Source: Macrostomum lignano (Eukaryota). Taken from it: a DNA stretch of 54,814 nt. The stretch spans positions 1 through 54,814 of the forward strand of contig NIVC01001428.1 of assembly GCA_002269645.1 (NCBI GenBank), in the 5' to 3' direction. The notes beneath the pieces were generated by a model, which was not told the DNA's origin, did no database searches, and saw only the letters and a program-made list of their open reading frames with translations. Of this stretch, positions 12,926 through 23,593 are shown piece after piece; within the stretch, counting starts at the first letter, position 1; every line of letters begins with the position of its first letter. The translations under genes were made by a program, and so were the position numbers.

Positions 12926-14520
12926 ATGAAGAGAAACGTGATAACGTGATGCTACGGTGCGCCTGTGCACCATGAGCTTATCAGTAGTGACTGAACTTTT
13001 GCTATCGATAGCTTTCATCTTAAATTTCTAATATCTTGCGTAGTCTCGAAATAAAACTGAAAGGTTTGTGTACTTTATACGAGCGTAAATGGTTGATAGC
13101 AATCAGACTTTCGGTAACTACTATAACTTAACTTAACATTACAATTATCTTAATTCAAACGGTTCTACACAAAATTCTGAAGATATGGCTTGGGATAGTG
13201 TTTGGAAGACTTGCGATCTTGAATGCTGGAACTTTGCTACGATTATGTTTCTTCTATTCAATGGATGGATGTTTCGCTTGCATAGATAAAGTTTTAATTC
13301 TTTTATCTGTGGCAGGGTGCGCATCGCCACCTACTGCTTTTTGGAATTCACTCGAAAACCCTGCGATTTTCTCGGAACTATTGTAAGCCAGAGTATTTTC
13401 GAAATATTAGTTGTAGCCCATTCTCGATTCGCGAGCCTTTACTTTTTACTTTACTTTTTACTTTACTTTCGATTCGCGTCACTTTTGCAGAAATTTTCTC
13501 TGAGGTTGATGCACTTGATCGGGAAACCCGCGCGTCTAGTTGATCCCAAATGCTTGGCCTCACCAATGCGAATTTACCCTTTGTTTGATAGACTTGCGGA
13601 CCCCGTATTATAAACTCTGTATTGTCTTGTGATCAGTAATAACAGTCTTTTACTGTGAAGACTCAATTTATTACATGCTAGGGTTAAGCTAAAGTTTTTT
13701 GTCATAGTCAGAGGTTTCGGCATGTTCGATTATAGTTTTTCCTATCTTTCAGCGCTTCTCCCTTTTGCTCACTTCCTCGCACTGAACGCAACGTTTTTTT
13801 GACTCACCTACCCTGTTCGTTAAAACAGTTTAATACTTATCTCATCCCTGTACTTCGTTTACTTCACCTAATTTTTTGATGCCCGTTTTCGCTCTTTGAG
13901 CATTGCGTTATACGAGTAGCGATTAATTTTTTTCGTGCAAGATACTCGGTATTATGATATCTAATATTTCAACGTTAAGACGGTAGAGGGGTTCTTTGTT
14001 TTTATTGGAATGTGCTCATGCCAAGAAAGCTGGTATGGTTTGAGGAGTAAAGTTTTTGTTTATACCATTGTACGTCTGTACTATACTACTCTCACTCGTA
14101 ATCGCCTAGTGCACCGGCCTATTCAACTTCAAGCCACCTTTCTCAGCTCCCACTTTCTAATTTTTTATAACGTACGAGCGTAAATTGCAAATTATGCAAA
14201 CTTATCAACCCAGGCTAAAGCCTGTGTCAACCCCGCCTTTTATAAAATTGAGAATCAATACGTACCTGGCACAAGACTCAAGTGTGCTCAACTCGAGTAT
14301 CTTGCTTTGTGTAGCTACTATTGGCAATGCGGCGCTAGCGCCAAGTGTTAAGTTCTCTATTCTTCATATTCTCTTGTTAACACAGTAAATAAGGCTTTTC
14401 GTGACAATGCAAACAACAGAATATTGCTATTGAATTAGAGTTTATTCATACACGCTATAAAACCCATTGGCTCAAGTTGTTCCCTCATGATGTGTCGCAA
14501 TCAGTCAAACTCCGTCCGTC

Positions 14521-16939
14521 ATGGTTCCTACCAGTTGCCTCATTGTCTCCTTCGCTGCTCTGCTCGCTGCTTCAACCGCTAAAGCTGCCAATGAAGCCTC
14601 GCCGGACGCTGCTGTGATGGCGGCACTGAAGCTCGGCAACGAGTACAGCAGGGCGGTCCGGCCGCCCCCGGACAACGGCACCGCAAACACTGTGACCTTG
14701 TTCATCTTTCTGTTCAGCCTCGTCAAAGTGGTGAGTTGATATTTGCTATAGCTCTTCAAGACATTGATTTAATCAGCAGTAGTCTTTGTCAACTTCGCAG
14801 GACTCAGCGTCTCAGGAGGTGACACTGCAGTTTTCTCTCTCGAAGGTCAGTACTTGCTTATATCAATTAAAATAGAGCGATATTTTGTCGAATTGGTTTC
14901 ATTAAGAAAAGAACCAGCTAAAAGCTTTTAAAACCTCATCGTAGCAATGGTTCGACTCTCGACTATCATGGCTGACGAAGCCAAATTCGTCATTCGGCGG
15001 AGTGCGGAGAATATCGGTTCCCTCAAAAATGGTCTGGATAGCTGGTCTTACTTTCGACAATGTGTGAGTTGATGTCCCCTGTCTTTTGCCATCTCGCAGC
15101 AATTTATTAATTATGTTTCCCAATCTATTACAGGCTGGGAATAAAGGACCTTTCACTGGACGAGCCACCTGTTTCAATTTTTATCAATGGATTGGTTCAC
15201 CACCAGAAAGAGCTGCTCGTCACGTTTAAGTGTCAGATGGAGATGCAATATTTTCCGTTTGACAGTCAGAAATGCGGCATTAGCATCCGGTCTCAAAATT
15301 TACCTCACGAGACAATGCTGAAAACAAATTTCAACAGAGACTTTCCTACGGAAAAATACTTGTCAAGGAACAACGAATTCTGCATCAAGAGAATCTTTCT
15401 GGAGAAGCATCGATTGGATTTAGTTGATGCAGCTATTCTTGCGCTTAAATTTCAGGTAAGAGAAAAAAATGTGCACGATAATTTCTAAGGATGATTTCGT
15501 AATATTTATACACACACTTGCTACTGGGCAGAGCAGCTCAACGGTCTGACTCTCGCATCATGACCCTGGTTCGATTCCGTGCGAGGCCATATTCATTTGG
15601 GGCTTTTGTGTACTTAAATTATCCAAAGGCTTTCGTGCGATTCACCCCTATGAGATTATGATTATTATTTCAGCTCGTATTTGCTAGGCTGAGGCATTCT
15701 ATACCACTTTTTCTCTTTAGCCTCTGCTTAAGCCTTACGGAACTTCAGGCCTCTTTCAAACTATAGAACCTTTTTCGACATGAAATACGCGTTTTTAGCC
15801 CACCCATTAGAGCAGGATTTGCGCCTTGATGCATGGACTGTTTCTGCGTTGCATGTTTCTCTAACCGGTTTGCTCGGAAGCCGAGCTTCTTGCTCCCAAT
15901 TGAAATCACCTTGAGTATGATTATCAATTTATTGAATTTGATCTAATCAATACGAGCGTAAATGCAAACAAAAAATAGTTTACATCAATGTACCGTTTGA
16001 TTGTGTCTTTAGCGCCTGTGCATGATGCTAAACTTCCCGTGGACTGACCGTTTCACACGTGTTCATAAAGCCTCGGTAGTCTTTTGCTCCGAGGCTCATA
16101 CGCTTATGAACACGTGTTCACGTTCATGTTACGTGAACACATGAACACGTTATGAACACGTTTATGAACACGTGTTCATAAAGCCTCGGTAGTCTTTTGA
16201 ACGTAACAATTAGACAGATCAACCTAAAAGTGTTATTGCATTGCTTCTCTTAAGAGACGGTCGGCGTTCTACGTGACGAACCTGCTCTTTCCGAGCATCC
16301 TCCTGCTCGCCATCTCCGCACTCGCATTCCGAATGCCTCCAGACTGCGGCGAGCGAGTCTCCTTCAGCATCACCATCGTGCTGTCCATGTGCGTGTTCCT
16401 GCAGCTGGCTGGCAACTACACACCGACACAGAGCGAGTCCGTGCCGCTCATCAGTGAGTCGCGAGATGGTCGTTGTGCTGACCGAATCTCTGTACATGTA
16501 TGCTTATGCGGTCACAATTTCCGTTGCAGCTTGGTACTTCAGCATCGCAGTAGTGATGACAATTCTGAACGTGCTGTGCAATGCATTCGTGCTGAGGTGT
16601 CACTCCAAGCAGCACAACAGCGCTCACGTCAGCAACCGGCTGATCCGTGCTCTGTTCCTCAACCGACTCGTGACTGGGAGGAAGCCACAGGTGGATGCTG
16701 CACAAGATACAGCTGACCAGTCTGAGGTCTCTGATGGAGACATCCCGCCAAGTCCCCTAACAACGACCAATGAGTGCAGCATTGTTGTAGCGTCAGCCGA
16801 CAAAGTGTTCTTTGCGATGAACATCTTCGTCACTGTGCTTACAGTCATAGTCACGAGTGCATTTGCAGTCAGTGCGTATTCGAACAATTGCATTGAAGGA
16901 ACCTTCTCTTCGTTGGTTGATTTGGTCAAAGAGGGGTAA
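14521..16939 (+). CDS. Cys-loop ligand-gated ion channel, nAChR-like, copy 3 (intact, 434 aa)
   Basis: Exons 14521-14730, 14801-14845, 14945-15063, 15134-15455, 16255-16453, 16530-16939 join to 1305 nt in frame. Exon sizes and phases match copy 2 except that exon 4 is one codon longer. Confidence 0.9.
15520..15600 (+). mobile_element. Degenerate tRNA-derived SINE remnant in intron 4 of copy 3 (counterpart at about 20900-20980 in copy 4)
   Basis: GAGCAGCTCA..GGTTCGATTCC A/B-box-like motifs at the same intronic position in both paralogs. Confidence 0.45.
16055..16199. repeat. 32-bp direct repeat bracketing ATGAACACGT palindromic sub-repeats
   Basis: ACACGTGTTCATAAAGCCTCGGTAGTCTTTTG at 16055-16086 and 16168-16199. 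Confidence 0.8.
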
Positions 16940-18616
16940 TTTCATTGTGTTTCAATGCTATTAAGCACCAGTGCAGAAATACGAGCGTATTTTGCTATCG
17001 CTAGCAAAGGTGGTCAGGATTTTAAGTAAATAAATAATCTTTCCACTCGTTGAAAACTAAAAAGTGACATGGCAAAATCTAATGCTGAAAAAATCAGTCT
17101 TGTTCCGCTTTCAAGATCTCGGAGGCGTCTTGGGAAAGAGAAAGAGCTAGTTTCTCAGCGATGCACTGACAGTACATTGACAGACATCAATGGCAGAGAA
17201 ACGATTTGAAGAATGGGTAGATGCTTTAGTATTTATATTTAGGGCAGCTTTGCATGATTAATGCTCGACCCTATCAGAATTCTTTTAGTGGGAGCGGAAA
17301 ACTTGAGAATTGAGAATTTCTTTAAAAATGATAAGGTTTTGGAATTTAACTCAAGATGCACGTGAAACTTTTCGTGTATTTTTTGTACGCTTGTACGCTC
17401 GTAAAATGAAGAAAGATGTTGCCTAGTTCCGCTTCTCAGTGACATCTTTGTCACGCTCATTTGAAAATTTGTAACGGATTCAAGTTTGACTGATCTCGTT
17501 TTCTATTACTTGTCCATATCGTACCTCATTTTGGTGAAAATTTCGCATCATATTCGTAGTTACCTCGTAGTTTTTTATGGGACTCGGTAGCTGCCCATGG
17601 ACTGACGGGATGAATTTTGATTATGTTCGTGTGCCAGGATACTTTTCGTCGATGCTGCCTCGCAACAAGTACATTAAAAAATGGAGGTTCAATTACTGGT
17701 TTTTTAACTGATCCTGATCCATGACAGTTTATTTGACGATGCCATTAATTACGAGCTAATTGGTTATGCTGGATGCGGTACATGCAGAGGTCCACAGCCT
17801 ATAAACGCGCGACAAGCGCTCTCAGTAAAAAAACTAACGAAAGCAGATTTAAATCTTGCGTAGAAAATCATGCAGTAAAACAAAAACCTAAAAATGTTTC
17901 AACGAAACGGAAAAAATAACTCCAGAAAGTTAACTAGCAAGCTTCTACCCCCCGTCAGGGAGGCAATAAAGAATGGAATAAATGTTTTGAATAATCTACA
18001 TGTAGCCTTTGAGCTTGTAGAGTCACTGTTGTTAGTTTCTGGAGGAAAATGATGTTTAAAGCAAAACAGCATCAGCCCTGAAAGCCAGCTGTGTAGCCTA
18101 AGATATCAGCTCCCCTTTTTGAGCTTTGGCTCTGAGCAACTCCCTCACACTAAGCTCGTAATGTGTTATCATTTATTCAGCTGATAGTTATTTTACACAA
18201 TTGGAAAACAAAAATACCAGAAACAACTCTTGAAGTTTCGCTTTCCGCTAAAACATACGTGTTACCCACGGGTGCAACTTGCATTTTGTAGAAAATTATT
18301 CCGCCGAATCGCATCTCGCCGAAAAGCATTTTTCCGACATGCACTCTCAGTTCGTCGAAGCAAAATATGAAAATTTGAAGTGTCTCATTTCGCTGAAACG
18401 CATCTCGCCGAAGTTTTCAAAGGCGTGTTACGAGCTAATAGGTCATAAGACGCCACCAATTTTTACAGATTATCCACTAGTTCAGAGGATTATTCAGTAG
18501 GTTCTGATTCAACGCGTGATACGGTACACCAAACGGTTATTAAATCAGTCACGAATCCGATTGTTGTACTTCTAAGTAACTGTAACTGTCTCTGTTAACC
18601 ACCCATGGACAATATA

Positions 18617-19207
18617 GCATTTTGCGTTGCACTTAAGCTTACGGGCAAATCACTTAATCCTAAGTGGCAGAATTACACTGGCGAGGGCAGCTGCCGATCG
18701 ATTCTATGGTCTCAACTGGTGGCTAATGGGCAATTTACTTTAGCCTTAGGGTACAGACTTAATCCATTCATGCTCTATCGCAGTTTGAAACGCTTTCAAT
18801 CGGCCGCCCAGTGGGTGGTGCTGTGGCAAGGGCATAATTTTAATCGGTCAATATGAGCAACATATGAGCAAATGAGCAAAGTATGAGCAAATGAGGGAAC
18901 ATCGGCAGGTGGTTGGTTGGCCATAACAAAGTGGGAAAGTAAACAACAGCAGCTGCAACACAGTTCTGGCAATGAGCCAAAATGAGCAAAACATGGACCA
19001 TGTTGAGCTCATTTTGCTGCGAGCCTTAGCTTCTAGTTCGCTTTTATAGAGCATGAATGGATTAAGTCAGTGCCCCAAGGCTTAAGTAACTTGCCCGCCA
19101 GCCAACGGTTTGGGCCATAGACTTGATCGGCAGCTGCCCTCGCCAGTGTAATCCTGCCACTTAGGATCAAGTGATTTGCCCGTAAGCTTAAGTGCAACGC
19201 AAAATGC
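18617..19207. mobile_element. Non-autonomous element with about 160-bp imperfect TIRs
   Basis: GCATTTTGCGTTGCACTTAAGCTTACGGGCAAATCAC.. is inverted at 19040-19207. Internal ATGAGCAA repeats. TSD not evident. Confidence 0.7.
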
Positions 19208-19890
19208 AAAGTGCAACGCAAAAGCAAAATGCAAAATGCCAGAAATATACTTGAAAATCCCCCCTAGTCTCTGAGTTGTGCGAATAGTTTTCCCACAGAT
19301 ATAAAATACTTGGCAATATTGGTGCAGGACAACTTAATCAGCATTCAGCACTTTTACTCATTCCCTTTAAAATTCGGCAAATAAGTTTAGACAGAATGAG
19401 GCACACGTGTTACTCACTTTTGTCTGAAGCCTGATGGCGTCTCATATTTGCGCTTTGCGTGCGCTAATTAATATAATTGCATTTTTCTCTGCTTTCGGAG
19501 GCGAACACGAGAAGGATACTTAATCAAACAGTGCAAATGCACAATCGAATTACTTTGTTTAACTCAACAAATTTTAGCATGATTCAGCTGAAAATAGTTA
19601 ACAATTAAACCTTATTCAGGAAGCAAGTTTTTATCTCCTAAATAATTCATGTTTAACCAGCATTTTGGGCTTCAGTCAACAACTAATTTCACTAAACTGC
19701 AGCAATTCGCTAATTGCATCAATCAATCTTGGCAATGAAGCTAATGGAGTCAGTAAATAAAGCTTTTCTTGACAAGGCAAACAACAGAACATTGCTTGCT
19801 GAATAAACAATTGTCGATACACGCGATAAAATCCATTCGTACAGCATTTCACTCATTGTATCTGTCACACCCAGCCACGCTCCGTCCGTC

Positions 19891-22297
19891 ATGGTTCCAA
19901 CCAGTTGCCTCATCGTCTCCTTCGCTGCTCTGCTCGCTGCTTCAACCGCTGAAGCTGCCAATGAAGCTTCGCCGGACGCTGCTCTGATGGCGGCGCTGAA
20001 GCTCGGAACCGATTACAACAGGGAGGTCCGGCCGCCCCCGGACAGCGGTACCGCAAACACTGTACACTTGTTGATCTTTCTATACAGCCTCATCAAAGTG
20101 GTGAGTTGATATTTGCTATAGCTCTTCAAGACATCGATTTAATCATTACTAGTCTTTGTCGATCTTGCAGGACTCTGCGTCTCAGGAGGTTACACTGCAG
20201 TTTATGCTTTTGAAGGTCAGTACTTGCTTACATTGATTAAGGGGGAGCGATGTTTTGTCTAAGTGGATTTCATTACGAAAAGAACCTGCTAGAAGCTTTT
20301 CAAAACCTCATCGTAGCAATGGTTCGATTCTCGACTATCATGGATGGCAATGTCTAATTCAGCATTCGGCGGAGTGCACAACATATCCGTTCCTTCAAAA
20401 TTGTTGTGGATACCTGATGTTACTGTTGACACTTTGTGAGTTGAGGCCCCGTTTCTGTCGCCCGCCATCTCGCAGCAGTTTATAATGCTTTTTCCCCATG
20501 TCTTACAGGATGGAGATAAAGGATGTTACCCTGGACGAGCCACCTGCTTTAATTTTTATCGATGGATTTGTTCAACACCAGAAAGTGCTGCTCGTCACGT
20601 TCAAGTGTCAGATGGAGATGCAATATTTTCCGTTTGACAGTCAGAAATGCGGCATTAGCATCCGGCCTCAAAATTTACCGCACGAGACAATGTTGAAGAT
20701 TCTTTTTCTACAAAACTTTTCTACAGAAAAATACTTGGCAAGGAACAACTAATTCTGCATCAAGAGAATCTTTCTGGAAAAGCATCGACTGGACGTACTT
20801 GATGCGGTTATTCTTGTGCTTAAATTTCAGGCAAGAAAGAATCACGTGCACTTTATTTTCTAACGAACTATTTCGTACTTTTATTACATTTACTTGCTAC
20901 AGAGCAGCTCAGAGGTAAATGTGTTGACTCTCACGACATGACGCCTGTGTGTTCGATTCCGTACGTGGCCACATTCATTTGGCTTGTGCACGAAAATTAA
21001 CCGAAGTTTTTCGTGCCATTCAAACCTGTTAGGGCCAACATCCAAGGCACCGAGAATGCACCTTGCCTGACGACTAGAAAGTCAGAATCGCTGTACAGCC
21101 TGGGTGAGCTTGTATGAGTGCGTGCCTGTGTACAGTAGTAAAATTTCCTCAGTGCTTGTGGGACAATGTCATTGAAGGCTTTGCGCCAGGGCGCCCGCAG
21201 CCCTCTTTCAACCTATAGATACTAATTCGACAAGAAATACACATTTTAGCCCACCCATTACAGCCGAAGGGAGGAAGGACCTTGATGAACTGTTTCTGAG
21301 TTGCATGTTTACTTGCTCGAAATAATATTTCTTGCGATCGGTTTGGTACGAAGGCCTCGCTTCTCGTTCCTAATTGAAATCCTTTCAAGTAGGACTACAA
21401 CTTTGTTGGATTTGATCAAATAATTAATACAAACACAAATTAGTTCAATTTTATGCATGTACCGTGTGCTCATGGCTTTAGAGACAGCTCAAGCTGCTAA
21501 AATTAGCATTGAACAGATCGTTTTGCGAGTTCAAAAAGCCTTGGTAGCATTTAAAATGAAACAATTTGGACAGATCGATCTGAAAATATGTTATTTCATT
21601 GCTTCTTTTAAGAGACGGTCGGCGTTCTACGTGACGAATCTGCTCTTTCCGAGCATCCTCCTGCTCGCCATCTCCGCACTCGCATTCCGAATGCCTCCAG
21701 ACTGCGGTGAGCGAGTCTCCTTCAGCATCACCATCGTGCTGTCCATGTGCGTGTTCCTGCAGCTGGCTGGCAACTACACACCGACACAGAGCGAGTCCGT
21801 GCCGCTCATCAGTGAGTCGCGAGATGGTCGTTGTGCTGACCGAATCTCTGTACATGTATGCTTATGCGGTCACAATTTCCGTTGCAGCTTGGTACTTCAG
21901 CATCGCAGTAGTGATGACAATTCTGAACGTGCTGTGCAATGCATTCGTGCTGAGGTGTCACTCCAAGCAGCACAACAGCGCTCACGTCAGCAACCGGCTG
22001 ATCCGTGCTCTGTTCCTCAACCGACTCGTGACTGGGAGGAAGCCACAGGTGCATGCTGCACAAGATACAGCTGACCAGTCTGAGGGCTCTGATGGAGACA
22101 TCCCGCCAAGTCCCCTAACAACGACCAATGAGTGCAGCATTGTTGTAGCGTCAGCCGACAAAGTGTTCTTTGCGATGAACATCTTCGTCACTGTGCTTAC
22201 AGTCATAGTCACGAGTGCATTTGCAGCCAGTGCGTATTCGAACAATTGCATTGAAGGAACCTTCTCTTCGTTGGTTGATTTGGTCAAAGACGAATGA
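19891..22297 (+). pseudogene. Cys-loop ligand-gated ion channel, nAChR-like, copy 4 (nonsense codon in exon 4)
   Basis: Exons 19891-20100, 20171-20215, 20317-20435, 20509-20830, 21613-21811, 21888-22297. TAA at 20750-20752 where paralogs have Glu (N/S-E-F-C). Intron 4 donor is GC (20831). Confidence 0.85.
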
Positions 22298-23537
22298 ATG
22301 AAGAGCAGTTACATAATGTGATAACTTGATGCTACCGTGTGGTTTTGCACCATGTTCTATCAAGGAGAAATTAGCTTATCAGTAGTGAATGCACTTATGC
22401 TATCGACCGTTTCTATCTTAAATTTAAATTTCTAATGTATTTCGTAGTCTGAAGTAAAACTTAAAGGCCTGTGTACTTTATACAAGCGTATTCGTTGATA
22501 ACAATTAGATTTTTTGTAACCAACAAATCGCCGATTACAATGTTTGGGAGACTTGCAACCTTGAATTGCTGGAACTTTGCTATATTTCTTCTATTCAATA
22601 AATAAATGTTTAGCTTGCATGGATAAAGTTTAATTTCTTTCATCTGTGGCAGGTGCGCATCGCCCCCTACTGCTGTTGTGAATTCACTCGAAAACCCTGC
22701 GATTTCTCTGAATTATTGTAAGCCCGAGGATTTTCGAAATATTATTCGCAGTCCATTCGCGATCATTCCAGAATCACGCGCGTCTTTACCCTGAATGCGT
22801 CACTTTTCCAGCAATTGTCTCTGAGGTTGATTCCCTTGCACCGGGAAACCCCGCGCGTCTTGTTGATCGAAAATGATTGAACTTACCAATGCGAATTTAC
22901 TCTTTCTTTGAGAGACTTGCGGACCCTGTATCGTAAACTCTGTTAATATGAGTTGACAGAGAGCCCAAATAAACTTAATACTTTTAGGGAAAGAGACTTT
23001 ATTCGCCACTAAGATGCAAAACTGCAGGATCCCCTGAACGTGGTCGCCCCGGCTGGATTAACAAAAAAAGATGTTTTTTGTGACGCAATTGTAAAACGTG
23101 AAACTTTAAACCAGAAAATATGGGATTTCAGTTTCCTTAAAAAATTGTTTAACAAAGCACTCGTGATTCAGGAAACGTGAAAATGGATCGAGAAATCGTC
23201 GACTTTAATGAGGAAACAGTTTTGTATATAACTCTGTGCCGGACAAAATATGCTTAAAATAATTTTAAGAGCTTTAGAAATGTTAAGGGTAGTGAGGGTA
23301 AGGAAATTTAAGGGTATTATCTGTTGATCTGTTGTCTGTTATCCATCTGTTATCTATAAGTGCTGCTGCTCAAGCTACAGGGACCGCTCAGGCGAGACCA
23401 AGGGTGAACGGCGAGATACCCTGACTGGCTTTTGACTGGTGCTGGCGCCTAGGACCAAAATGGGGTGTGAATTTTTAGAGCCATGACCTAAAGACGCGCT
23501 CTCCGACTTCTCTCCCCTTTCTGGCCATTGAGTGGTT

Positions 23538-23538
23538 T

Positions 23539-23593
<55 letters not shown>
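23538..23593. repeat. (GTT)n microsatellite, about 18 units, probable LINE 3' tail
   Basis: Directly visible and abuts the LINE 3' end. Confidence 0.9.
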
